A DNA stretch of 64,000 nucleotides from Gammaproteobacteria bacterium. GTDB lineage: Bacteria > Pseudomonadota > Gammaproteobacteria > GRL18. Every line of letters begins with the position of its first letter. Position 1 is the stretch's first letter. Location of the stretch: contig JADGEM010000011.1 in NCBI GenBank assembly GCA_016744375.1, forward strand, positions 6,409 to 70,408. The letters are read 5' to 3'. The notes under the pieces are model-generated. The model made no database searches. It saw only the letters and a list, made by a program, of their open reading frames with translations, and was not told where the DNA came from. A program made the translations under genes and the position numbers. Positions 40,276 through 49,485 of this stretch are shown here, in pieces.

Positions 40276-41553
40276 TTATAACCGTCCGTCAACTTCATCT
40301 GCTTTAAGTAAGTATTTAATATCGTATACAACATGGTTCTCTTTGCCCAGTTTATGAATTTCTTCTGCTCCCATTTTGGCAAATTCATCATGTGAAACCG
40401 CTAAGAGAATGGCATCATAATGACTACTATCAGGTGCTTCTATTGGGCTTATATCATATTCTTTCTGAGCTTCTGCTTTATCAACCCATGGGTCATATAC
40501 ATCAACGTTGGCACCGTATTCTTCCAGTTCTGAAATCATATCGGTCACTCGAGTATTTCTCAGATCGGGGCAGTTTTCTTTAAAGGTTAATCCCATGATC
40601 AGTATACGTGCATCACTAATATGAATTCGTTTTTTCAGCATCAGTTTAATCACCTCTGAAACAACATACGCACCCATGTTATCATTCAGCCTTCGACCGG
40701 CCAGAATCATCTCAGGGTTATAACCAATTTCCTGAGCTTTGTGAGTCAGGTAATAAGGATCAACACCGATGCAGTGCCCGCCGACAAGACCGGGACGAAA
40801 GGGCAAAAAGTTCCATTTGGTGCCCGCAGCAAGGAGCACTTCTTCTGTATCAATTCCCAGACGATTGAAAATTAATGATAATTCATTAATCAGTGCAATA
40901 TTCACATCTCGTTGGGTATTTTCAATTACTTTTGCCGCTTCAGCCACTTTGATACTGCTGGCTTTATGGGTACCTGCTGTAATAACGCTTTGGTATAAGC
41001 TATCCACATAATCTGCAATATCAGGTGTTGATCCTGATGTGACTTTCAAAATATTGGTAACGCGATGCTCTTTGTCTCCTGGATTAATCCGTTCAGGACT
41101 GTAGCCCGCAAAAAAATCCTGATTAAATTTCAGGCCGGAGAATTTCTCAACTTCCGGCAGGCATACTTCTTCTGAAGCGCCAGGATAAACGGTTGATTCA
41201 TAGATAATTACATCGCCTTTACCCACAACTGTACCTAGCATGGCACTTGCTTTAATCAAAGGCGTTAAGTCAGGATTTTTGTTTTTATCAATAGGTGTAG
41301 GCACGGTCACGATATAAACATTACAGGACTTTAGATCATCAACAGAGGTGGTGTATTCTAACTTAGCTGCTTCTTTTAACTCTTTATCGCTGGTTTCTAA
41401 TGTACTATCTATGCCTGATATTAATTCATCAACTCTTTGTTTATTAATATCAAAACCCACAACAGGTATTTTTTTACCAAATTCAACCGCCAGCGGTAAT
41501 CCGACATAGCCCAAACCAACAATTGCCAGTTTTGTGTTTTCTAAGCTTATCAT
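40276..41553 (-). CDS. tviB: UDP-N-acetylhexosamine 6-dehydrogenase (TviB/WbpO)
   Basis: [34 protein letters not shown] (catalytic Cys) and [10 protein letters not shown]. Confidence 0.93.
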   Translation of the reverse strand: MISLENTKLAIVGLGYVGLPLAVEFGKKIPVVGFDINKQRVDELISGIDSTLETSDKELKEAAKLEYTTSVDDLKSCNVYIVTVPTPIDKNKNPDLTPLIKASAMLGTVVGKGDVIIYESTVYPGASEEVCLPEVEKFSGLKFNQDFFAGYSPERINPGDKEHRVTNILKVTSGSTPDIADYVDSLYQSVITAGTHKASSIKVAEAAKVIENTQRDVNIALINELSLIFNRLGIDTEEVLLAAGTKWNFLPFRPGLVGGHCIGVDPYYLTHKAQEIGYNPEMILAGRRLNDNMGAYVVSEVIKLMLKKRIHISDARILIMGLTFKENCPDLRNTRVTDMISELEEYGANVDVYDPWVDKAEAQKEYDISPIEAPDSSHYDAILLAVSHDEFAKMGAEEIHKLGKENHVVYDIKYLLKADEVDGRL

Positions 41554-41574
41554 TTTTATATCCTGTCTCTCTTC

Positions 41575-42636
41575 TTATTTTACGTCGTAATATTCTTTAT
41601 ACCATTGAGCAAAGGCTTTGATACCTTCATCAACACTGGTGGATGGTTTGTAGTCTACATCTTTGATTAAATCAGCCACATCTGCATAGGTATCAGGCAC
41701 ATCACCCGGCTGCAAGGGTAATAAATTCTTTTCAGCTGTTTTCCCCAGATGTTTTTCCAGTGTCTCAATATAGGTCATTAATTCTACCGGGTGTTGGTTG
41801 CCAATGTTATAGATACGCCATGGTGCAGGACTGGTTGCGGCATCAGGGTTTTCTCCATCCCACTGCATGTTGGGCTCGGCAACCTTGTCAAGCACTCGAA
41901 TAATACCCTCAACAATATCATCAATGTAAGTGAAGTCTCTTCGGTGTTTACCATAGTTGTACACATCAATGGCTTTGCCTTCAAAAATAGCCCGAGCAAA
42001 TTTTTGCAAGGCCATATCCGGGCGATCCCAGGGACCATAAACAGTAAAAAATCTTAGACCTGTAGTGGGCAGATTATACAAATGGCTATAGGTATGCGCC
42101 ATAAGCTCACCCGACTTCTTTGAGGCTGCATAGAGTGATATGGGGTGATCCACATTGTCATGAATGGAAAAAGGCATACATTCATTCAAGCCATAGACCG
42201 AACTTGAAGAGGCATAAACCAGATGCTTAACTTTGTTATGCCGACAACCTTCCAGTATGTGAGCAAAACCAACAATATTACTATCAACATAAGAAAGAGG
42301 ATTTTCAATGGAGTAACGCACACCGGCCTGAGCTGCCAGGTTCATCACCTTATCAAATTTCTCATTGGCAAATAAATCTTCCATTGCCTGTCGATCAGCC
42401 AGATCCATTTTTATAAAGTGGAAGGTGCCTTTTTTGGGAGAGCCTTCAGCTTGAAAGGAGCCTTCAGTTGCATTTAATAAAGAAGCCTCTACTCGTTTTA
42501 ATCGTGCTTCTTTCAGTTTGACATCGTAGTAATCATTTAGTATATCAATACCAACAACATCATCACCCCGGGCCAGTAACTCTTCCGACAGTTTTGATCC
42601 GATAAAACCGGCAGCACCCGTCACCAATATTTTCAT
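41575..42636 (-). CDS. UDP-glucuronate 4-epimerase (CapI/LpsL-type SDR)
   Basis: [27 protein letters not shown] and RPDMA. Confidence 0.9.
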   Translation of the reverse strand: MKILVTGAAGFIGSKLSEELLARGDDVVGIDILNDYYDVKLKEARLKRVEASLLNATEGSFQAEGSPKKGTFHFIKMDLADRQAMEDLFANEKFDKVMNLAAQAGVRYSIENPLSYVDSNIVGFAHILEGCRHNKVKHLVYASSSSVYGLNECMPFSIHDNVDHPISLYAASKKSGELMAHTYSHLYNLPTTGLRFFTVYGPWDRPDMALQKFARAIFEGKAIDVYNYGKHRRDFTYIDDIVEGIIRVLDKVAEPNMQWDGENPDAATSPAPWRIYNIGNQHPVELMTYIETLEKHLGKTAEKNLLPLQPGDVPDTYADVADLIKDVDYKPSTSVDEGIKAFAQWYKEYYDVK

Positions 42637-42667
42637 TTATAATCCTTTTCAAACAATCTTGTTAATG

Positions 42668-42720
42668 GCTTTTGCTTCTCCCTTTGACCAAAAGTTAGGT
42701 GCCCTGAGGCGAGCAAAAGC
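42668..42720. other. Intercistronic stem-loop
   Basis: GCTTTTGCT (42668-42676) and AGCAAAAGC (42712-42720) are perfect reverse complements between the deacetylase and epimerase genes. Confidence 0.4.
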
Positions 42721-42736
42721 AAATGAATAGCCTTTG

Positions 42737-43582
42737 TTATGTATCTTTTAAAAAGATTTCATCCATTCGGCCCCAGTTGAAGTCTTTAAACAAACGGATG
42801 AGTCTTTTTTCTGTTTTGTGTAAATTCAGATAATGTCTGAAGCGTGATTTCAGGCTTGCTTCGTGTTGTCTTGGCTGCTCCGGATCGATTTCCCAGGGAT
42901 GAAAATAAAAAATAGCAGATTGTTGATCGCGGCGGTTAACCTGTTGAATATTCCATCTTGAAATGGCATAAGGGTAGAATCGAAAAAAACCACCACCGCC
43001 CGCAGGAAAATTTTTGTTAATAATTTTTACTGTCGTTACTGGAACTTCTAATAAACCGCTTTCACATCGATAGGCAAAGCGTGGCGCATCCGGAATACCA
43101 TAAAGATCGTGTTTGACCGGGTAAACACTTGAGCTATAAAGATAGCCTGCCGCGCTCAATTCATCATGAGCCCAAAGATTGTCTTTGCTTATTGAATAGC
43201 TGGGCGCGCGATAGCCCGTAACCTGAACACCTGACAGATCTTCCAGAATTATTTTTGCTTTAGAAATATCATCTCTAAACTCCGAACGGGACTGCATCGT
43301 AGCTCTTTGATGGCCATAACCATGGCTTGCCAGTTCATGTCCCTGAGCAATGATTCTTTTTACGATATCCGGATAGCGTTCAGCAACCCATCCCAAAACA
43401 AAAAAAGTACTTTTTATATTATGGGATTCAAATAAATCCAGAATTATATTGGTATTTTTTTCGACCCGATGAGACAGTTTATCCCAGTCCGACCGTGCAA
43501 TGCATTGTTCAAATGCCGAAACCTGAAAGTAATCTTCAACATCAACCGTCATGGCATTTTTAATATTTTCTGTTTTAACCAT
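42737..43582 (-). CDS. XrtA-system polysaccharide deacetylase (TIGR03006-type)
   Basis: MTVDVEDYFQV, ASHGYGH, GYRAPSYS, GGGFFR and YFHPWE; canonical position after the ATPase. Confidence 0.93.
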   Translation of the reverse strand: MVKTENIKNAMTVDVEDYFQVSAFEQCIARSDWDKLSHRVEKNTNIILDLFESHNIKSTFFVLGWVAERYPDIVKRIIAQGHELASHGYGHQRATMQSRSEFRDDISKAKIILEDLSGVQVTGYRAPSYSISKDNLWAHDELSAAGYLYSSSVYPVKHDLYGIPDAPRFAYRCESGLLEVPVTTVKIINKNFPAGGGGFFRFYPYAISRWNIQQVNRRDQQSAIFYFHPWEIDPEQPRQHEASLKSRFRHYLNLHKTEKRLIRLFKDFNWGRMDEIFLKDT

Positions 43583-43590
43583 TTTGTTGA

Positions 43591-44751
43591 TTAAAATTTC
43601 TTATCTAGCGATTCTTTAAAAGCTTTTATCTCTTCTTCAACTCGACTCTCAAAATCTTTTATGGTTTCTTCAATATCAACAAAATCAGAAGGTAATTCCC
43701 TTGCGGTTATTTCTTTTTGTTTTACTTCTGGCTTAATTAACTCAGCTTTTGCTTCAATTTTTAGTGCTTCAACTTTTGGTACTTTAACCTTAGGCGCTTC
43801 AATTTTTGGCGTCTCAACTTTTGGTTCGGACTTGGGTATTGTGACTGGTTCAGGTTCAGACTCCATTGCTGAATCATCATATTGCTCTCCACTTAAAAGC
43901 AGGTTTATCTCATCATGACGCTCAGATTTTATCGGACTGGTGATCTCGTCAGCAAGTTCATCGGCAACAACTTTAATATGTTCTTTTGTAAAAAAATCAA
44001 TTTCTTCAAGGTATCCAAAAAGGAGAATGCGATCACAAAAAACATTAATTCGCCTGGGCACACCTTCAGTGAGATCGTGGATTAAAGTCAGAGCAGCATC
44101 ATCAAATAACTCACCACCATGCCAACCGGACTCAGTCAGCCGATATTTTATATAATATTTTGTCTCCTCTGGCTTTAGAGGGCCAAGGTGACATGAAGCA
44201 ATAACACGCTGGCGTAATTGCTCCATGTTCTCATGCTGAAGTGTTTTGATAAATTCTTTTTGTCCTACTAAAAAGCTTTGTATCAAGGGCTTATTATTCA
44301 CCTGGAAATTTGACAGCATCCTGAGTTCTTCGACCGTTTTAGCCGGTAAGTTTTGCACTTCATCAACAACAAGAACAACTCGCCGTCCTAACTTATTGGC
44401 TGAATTTAAAAAGGCTTTAAATTGATTTAATAACGCTGCTTTACTGAGTCCTTTTGAAATCAGTTCAAAGGATTCGCAGATCATTTCCATTAGGTCATGT
44501 TCTTCCAGATGAGTCGTGACCAGTTCTTTAGCAATATAAGTCTGGTGATCCAGTCCTGCAATCAGATTCTTTACAATAGTTGTTTTGCCCGTCCCGATAT
44601 CACCGGTTATAACAATAAAACCTTCACCCTGGCTTAAACCATATTGAAGATAAGACAGCGCTCTTTTATGCCCTTTACTGGCAAAAAATATTTTTGGATC
44701 CGGCGTCATCTGAAACGGATTATGGGTTAATTTATAATAATCTTTATACAT
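43591..44751 (-). CDS. XrtA/PEP-CTERM-associated ExeA-like AAA ATPase (TIGR03015-type)
   Basis: PFQMTPDP, Walker A GDIGTGKT, Walker B VVDEVQ and GVPRRIN. Confidence 0.92.
   Translation of the reverse strand: MYKDYYKLTHNPFQMTPDPKIFFASKGHKRALSYLQYGLSQGEGFIVITGDIGTGKTTIVKNLIAGLDHQTYIAKELVTTHLEEHDLMEMICESFELISKGLSKAALLNQFKAFLNSANKLGRRVVLVVDEVQNLPAKTVEELRMLSNFQVNNKPLIQSFLVGQKEFIKTLQHENMEQLRQRVIASCHLGPLKPEETKYYIKYRLTESGWHGGELFDDAALTLIHDLTEGVPRRINVFCDRILLFGYLEEIDFFTKEHIKVVADELADEITSPIKSERHDEINLLLSGEQYDDSAMESEPEPVTIPKSEPKVETPKIEAPKVKVPKVEALKIEAKAELIKPEVKQKEITARELPSDFVDIEETIKDFESRVEEEIKAFKESLDKKF
43751..43825 (-). repeat. Five imperfect 15-bp in-frame tandem repeats encoding PK(V/I)E(T/A)-type pentapeptides
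   Basis: Plus-strand units gcttcaatttttagt / gcttcaacttttggt / actttaaccttaggc / gcttcaatttttggc / gtctcaacttttggt. Confidence 0.85.
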
Positions 44752-44762
44752 GGATTAGACTC

Positions 44763-46181
44763 TTAAAATCTTTTTGTCAGATTCACTGAAATAGCATTTT
44801 CTGTGTATTCATCTCTAATAATATCGGCGCTGTTATCTCGATAAGATAATCTCAAATCACCGGACATATCTTGAGTTAATTGATGACTCAGTGTTAGATT
44901 GAGGCTGGTCCGTCTTTGGGTATTACGAGTCAGTTTGTTATCTAATTTTGACACTGATATCCCAGTGTGCATATTGGTTCGCCGGGCCAACTTTAAACCC
45001 CAGCCTAAATTGATTCCAATATCTTCTTCGTCTTTTCTGTCTGAATCTGAATAATAACGTCGATCCTGATATGCACCCAGGGTGAACGTTGACTTTTTAA
45101 GCTGGTATGAAACATCACCTACAAAACGACGACTCAAATAATAGAGTGAATTAAAATTGCTTAATGGAGTGACCGTTCCATCAGGGTTGGTCACAGCACC
45201 TTCACCATTTGAAATAATTTCTGTCCGGCTATCAGTAATGGTATCATCGTATTTAAAATGCCAGATTAATCTTCGTCCCTGATGTCTAAAATCCAGTAAA
45301 TAGGTCGTGCCAAAAAAGCGGTGACCGACTTCTGCGGTCAAACTGGTCCGTGAACGAGGATTCCACACAACGCCAACTCGCCAGCCAGTACCATTATCAT
45401 CTCTGTCACTTCTGCCATCACTATAATCTTCGTAGCCTGTTGTATAAGTAAAATCCAGTTTACGTGAATAATGATAGCCTAATAAGATTTTATAGGCTTC
45501 TCCATTTGAATCTCGGCTCGTATCATAATCAACATCTTCATAAACGTAGTCAAAGTTCCAGAAATACTGATTGAATGCTTTACCGCTTGCCAGTGATAAT
45601 GTTGCTTTTTGCCCTACGCTGTCACTCCGAGAACTGTTTTTAAAACTCAAATCGTTGTAGTTGTATTTTAATTCGGAGTCAACTAAATTACCCCATGACT
45701 TTATCCAGGAAGGCGCAATTTTATAGGTGTATGTTTCGGTTAAATTTTCAGAACCACTGATACCATCCGATGAAGCATTTCTATTGTTATTAAGCAGTTC
45801 CTGTGTCACTGTTGCATTGAGATCGAGAAAAATGGAGTTTTCAACAATTTCAGATAAAGCATTGGCATATAATCGATGCTGAAGATCATTTAAATCACTC
45901 TCTGATGCATATAATAATCCTGTTAGAGTATAATCGAGGTAGCTTTTTACTCTGGCACCGTCTTTGCTAAATCTTATTCGTGGAGCAACAACACCAAAGA
46001 CACTTTCTTTCTCGTTGGTGTGATCCAGATCAATGTTATCAGAATACCCCATTCCTACCCGGATTGATGGGTCAAGCTCGATATCTTTCCCTTGCGCGGC
46101 AGCCATAGTAAAAGTACACATTAATATTGAAAATATGCGACAGCTTTGGCTTATTTTTCCTGCTCGTTGTATCTTCATCAT
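44763..46181 (-). CDS. PEP-CTERM system outer-membrane beta-barrel (TIGR03016-type)
   Basis: Alternating beta-strand pattern, YSDNI, GHRFFG and C-terminal Phe beta-signal (NLTKRF). Start placed at ATGATG (46181), just after the kinase stop. Confidence 0.85.
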   Translation of the reverse strand: MMKIQRAGKISQSCRIFSILMCTFTMAAAQGKDIELDPSIRVGMGYSDNIDLDHTNEKESVFGVVAPRIRFSKDGARVKSYLDYTLTGLLYASESDLNDLQHRLYANALSEIVENSIFLDLNATVTQELLNNNRNASSDGISGSENLTETYTYKIAPSWIKSWGNLVDSELKYNYNDLSFKNSSRSDSVGQKATLSLASGKAFNQYFWNFDYVYEDVDYDTSRDSNGEAYKILLGYHYSRKLDFTYTTGYEDYSDGRSDRDDNGTGWRVGVVWNPRSRTSLTAEVGHRFFGTTYLLDFRHQGRRLIWHFKYDDTITDSRTEIISNGEGAVTNPDGTVTPLSNFNSLYYLSRRFVGDVSYQLKKSTFTLGAYQDRRYYSDSDRKDEEDIGINLGWGLKLARRTNMHTGISVSKLDNKLTRNTQRRTSLNLTLSHQLTQDMSGDLRLSYRDNSADIIRDEYTENAISVNLTKRF

Positions 46182-46185
46182 CGAC

Positions 46186-47091
46186 TTACTCTGCTCCATA
46201 GCCATAGCCATAGCCATAGCCATCCTCTTTTCCTGAACGTGACTTATTGATAACAAGGCCAATAACCGCGTCCGACGGCAATTTAGAAATTGCATTTTTG
46301 ACATCAATCATGGCAGTTGTATTTTGCTCAATGACAAAGACGATCTGTCCGACATTTTGTGCCAGGATACTAGATTCATTGGTTTGCAGTATGGGAGGTG
46401 AATCAATAATTACCACACGATCACTGTATCGCTGCGACAGCTCATCAAACAGCTGCAGCATGACATCACTGTTAAACAATTCAACGGATAGTTTGTGTTT
46501 GATCCCTGCGGGCAAAAGCGTTAACTTGGGAATATTAGTGGTCAGTAAAACATCGGATAAATTATCTACATCACCAGACAGGTAATCAATCAGTCCTTTA
46601 TCGGTTTTAATGTTCAGCACATTTGAAATAGAAGGTTTGAGAACATCGGCATCAACTAATAAAACATTAAAATCCAGCTCCATCGCCATAGACATCGCTA
46701 AATTAACAGCATTGAATGATTTTCCCTCACCCTGAAGCGCACTGGTAACTTGTATTAGATTGGCTTTTCTTATGGGATGTGCACTTTTACCTTTGATATT
46801 TTGCAGCAAGGGCGTTTTAATACGCCTGAATTCTTCATTGATTACACTATTTTCATGATCAGGGACTAAAATACCCAGGTCGCTCAGATGTTTCGTATCG
46901 ACGTCAATGCTATTAATAGATCTTGGCTGAGTATCATCATTCAAAATCTCAGTTTGAGAGGCAACAGCAGTAACCACTACCTCATCACTTGCTAAGCTTT
47001 GATCATTTTGAGCAGGACGCTTTGTGTGCAGAGGTGCATTTTTAACAACTTCTGAACTTTTTTTTCTTAATGCTTTTTCAATTATATCCAT
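46186..47091 (-). CDS. XrtA-associated tyrosine autokinase (Wzc C-terminal-like BY-kinase)
   Basis: Walker A SALQGEGKS, A' LLVDAD, B IIDSPP and C-terminal tyrosine cluster GYGYGYGY. Confidence 0.93.
   Translation of the reverse strand: MDIIEKALRKKSSEVVKNAPLHTKRPAQNDQSLASDEVVVTAVASQTEILNDDTQPRSINSIDVDTKHLSDLGILVPDHENSVINEEFRRIKTPLLQNIKGKSAHPIRKANLIQVTSALQGEGKSFNAVNLAMSMAMELDFNVLLVDADVLKPSISNVLNIKTDKGLIDYLSGDVDNLSDVLLTTNIPKLTLLPAGIKHKLSVELFNSDVMLQLFDELSQRYSDRVVIIDSPPILQTNESSILAQNVGQIVFVIEQNTTAMIDVKNAISKLPSDAVIGLVINKSRSGKEDGYGYGYGYGAE
46198..46221 (-). repeat. Perfect (GGCTAT)4 hexamer repeat encoding the kinase tyrosine cluster
   Basis: Plus strand ATAGCC x4; reads GYGYGYGY in the kinase frame. 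Confidence 0.95.
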
Positions 47092-47145
47092 AAGTTATTC
47101 ACAGTATTAACAACACACCCTCATTATATACAAAACACTTTTTGG

Positions 47146-48672
47146 TTAGGCTACTTGCGCAAAAAGATACCAGCTCACAATTAAACCATAGCAAGCAAAA
47201 AGCACCACAACTAAAGAAAGATAACTAAAGACCATAAAGCCTCTCCTTCTCTTTTGAGCCGGAGAATCATTAGCACTGACATTACCTAAATGGGGCAAGC
47301 CCAGTAGCTGAGAGACCTCATAACCCGATGTAACAACCGGTCTTATTTGTGAAAAAAAGAAGGCAGATACAATTCCAAAAATAATGCCAACACCTAATAT
47401 GATTGATGACAGTAAGATTCGCTTAGGTCCAACAGGTTCATCTTCATATCTGGGTGCTTCCAGGACTTTAAACTGTACACTCTCTGTTGTCTGGTCAACA
47501 CTTTGAGAAATCAACGCAGATTCTTTGCGGTTTAGAAAGTCTTCATATTTTTTCTTGGTAATTGAATAATCTCGATTCAATGCAATTAAGCGTATTTCCA
47601 CTTCAGGGACAATATTAGCCAGGCGCTTCAGCTCTACAGCTCGTTCTTCAAACACTGTGACCCGAACTCTTAAAGCCTCAGATTCTGCTTTTGCCTGGCG
47701 ATAAGAGGCTTTCATATTCTGATAGGCTGCACTTTCTTTGAGAACATTATTCTCAATACCGGATGCCTGCCTTTTTTTCATTTCCTGCGCCTGATTTTTC
47801 TGTAAGTCTGCTATCAGACGCTGCATTGACAGGACATCCGGGTGGCTGTCGGTATAATTTAGTAAGAGGTCATCCAGCTTTTTTTCGAGTAATTCAATTC
47901 TGCCATCATACTGCGTTTTGAATTTTAAGGCATTGACTTGTGCTGACAAGCCATGGCTTAATGAAATTTCTCTTTTTTCAGACTCTTTGAGCTGTAACTT
48001 TGCCTGTGCTAGTTTATTTTTTGCACCTTCCATACGAGAAAAATAATCACGTCCATCAGAGGGTAATAAGCCCATGTTTTCCTGTTTAAAGTTTTTTCTC
48101 CGGACTTCAGCAGTTTCCAGTCTTTTTTCATATTCTTCAATCTTACGATTAAGAAATTTTCTTGCAGCTCTTGAATCTTCAACACTATCACCAATGCTGT
48201 TTTCAATGAATACCGTAATCACTGACTGGACCACAGTCTGTGCAACTTCTGGACTCTCACTTGTATAGGACAGATTATATACATTTGGACTTCTTCTGCC
48301 GCCCGGTTTCCTGAATGTTATGCTCCGTTGCAGTTTTTCTACTAAATCATCAAGTTCCTTATCATTAGTGATGGTCAGGTCTAAATCAGCAAGTCGAATA
48401 ATTTTTTCCACATTTGGACGAGTTAATAAGGTTCGAATCATCAAATTAATTTGCTGTTGAACATTATATTGAACCGTCAGGCCCTTTAATAAGGGCTTGA
48501 GTACGGATTGTGTATCAATATAAAGCTTAGCTTTGGATTGATATTCATTAGGCATTAAATAAATCACGCCCCAGCCAATGAAACAAACCAGCCAGGTAAT
48601 AATCATTGCTTGCCAGCGCTTATTCCAAATACCTTTAAGATAGCCGAGCAGTTGTTGTACAATCTCCTGCAT
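47146..48672 (-). CDS. XrtA-system polysaccharide chain-length determinant (Wzz/Wzc N-terminal, TIGR03007-type)
   Basis: N-terminal TM, large coiled-coil periplasmic region, YTDSHPDV, P..P.GPKR and C-terminal TM helices. Confidence 0.92.
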   Translation of the reverse strand: MQEIVQQLLGYLKGIWNKRWQAMIITWLVCFIGWGVIYLMPNEYQSKAKLYIDTQSVLKPLLKGLTVQYNVQQQINLMIRTLLTRPNVEKIIRLADLDLTITNDKELDDLVEKLQRSITFRKPGGRRSPNVYNLSYTSESPEVAQTVVQSVITVFIENSIGDSVEDSRAARKFLNRKIEEYEKRLETAEVRRKNFKQENMGLLPSDGRDYFSRMEGAKNKLAQAKLQLKESEKREISLSHGLSAQVNALKFKTQYDGRIELLEKKLDDLLLNYTDSHPDVLSMQRLIADLQKNQAQEMKKRQASGIENNVLKESAAYQNMKASYRQAKAESEALRVRVTVFEERAVELKRLANIVPEVEIRLIALNRDYSITKKKYEDFLNRKESALISQSVDQTTESVQFKVLEAPRYEDEPVGPKRILLSSIILGVGIIFGIVSAFFFSQIRPVVTSGYEVSQLLGLPHLGNVSANDSPAQKRRRGFMVFSYLSLVVVLFACYGLIVSWYLFAQVA

Positions 48673-48712
48673 TAATCTTCCCTATTTTTTTAATTAAAAC
48701 CAATAAACCAGC

Positions 48713-49354
48713 TTAGAACCAGGCCTCTGGAATAATGATAATATCACCGGGAAGAATATCAATATTGGCATCTAAATCACCATCTTGAAGCAAGTCCTCA
48801 ATGCGAATGGTATATTGTTTCTGCTGTCCAGCTTCAACTCGCGCAAGAATTGCTTTGTTACCATCAGCAAATTCTGTAATACCGCCAACGGCTATCATTA
48901 AATCTAAAAGAGTCATGTCTTCAGTGTAAGACAGAGCTTTAGGTGACGCCGCCTGGCCTATTACCCGAACCTGTTCCTTATATGGCCCTTCAAAGCGAGC
49001 AACAGTCACTGTTACAATGGGGTCTTTTATGAATTTGGCCAGTTCGGCTTCTATGAGAACGGCAACTTCTTTGGGCGTTTTTTCACTGACATTTATATCT
49101 TCTACCAGAGGCGCATTAATATAGCCGTCAGGACGAACGGTGACACTGCTAGATACTTCAGGGTTTCTCCAGACAAAGATTCTGAGGCTGTCTCCAGGCC
49201 CTATATGATAAATAAAATCATCAGGATTTGTGGTTAAAGGAGCGGCAGGCTGGCTTTGTGGAAGCTCTGGGTAAACAGGATTACTGCAACCATTGATCAA
49301 TAAAACTGCTCCAGCGAGAGCAAATAAAAAAAGTAATTTCCGTTTCAAACTCAT
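48713..49354 (-). CDS. wza: XrtA-system polysaccharide export lipoprotein (Wza/OPX family)
   Basis: Lipobox LING-C, YHIGPGDSL, VRPDGYI and SLBB domain ILPGDIIIIPE. Confidence 0.93.
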   Translation of the reverse strand: MSLKRKLLFLFALAGAVLLINGCSNPVYPELPQSQPAAPLTTNPDDFIYHIGPGDSLRIFVWRNPEVSSSVTVRPDGYINAPLVEDINVSEKTPKEVAVLIEAELAKFIKDPIVTVTVARFEGPYKEQVRVIGQAASPKALSYTEDMTLLDLMIAVGGITEFADGNKAILARVEAGQQKQYTIRIEDLLQDGDLDANIDILPGDIIIIPEAWF

Positions 49355-49425
49355 GATTTATCCCCTGTAGATACCTTTAGTAGAGTAATTATGCTGTATT
49401 TATCAATTTTACACATAAAAACCAC

Positions 49426-49473
49426 ATTATACTACCTTCATAGCCACCTTAAGCATAGTAGAAAAATCCTACA
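49426..49473 (-). promoter_or_regulatory. Candidate promoter of the wza operon
   Basis: Perfect TATAAT on the minus strand (49431-49426) with an upstream imperfect dyad TGTAGGATTTTTCTACT (49473-49457); no good -35. Confidence 0.4.
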
Positions 49474-49485
49474 TCAATGCTTTTT

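Noticed and set aside
46182-46307. N-terminal extension (MAMAMAMAM) of the beta-barrel ORF in the ORF track
   Set aside because: It is an alternative-frame reading of the kinase (GGCTAT)4 repeat; the plausible start is 46181, after the kinase stop.
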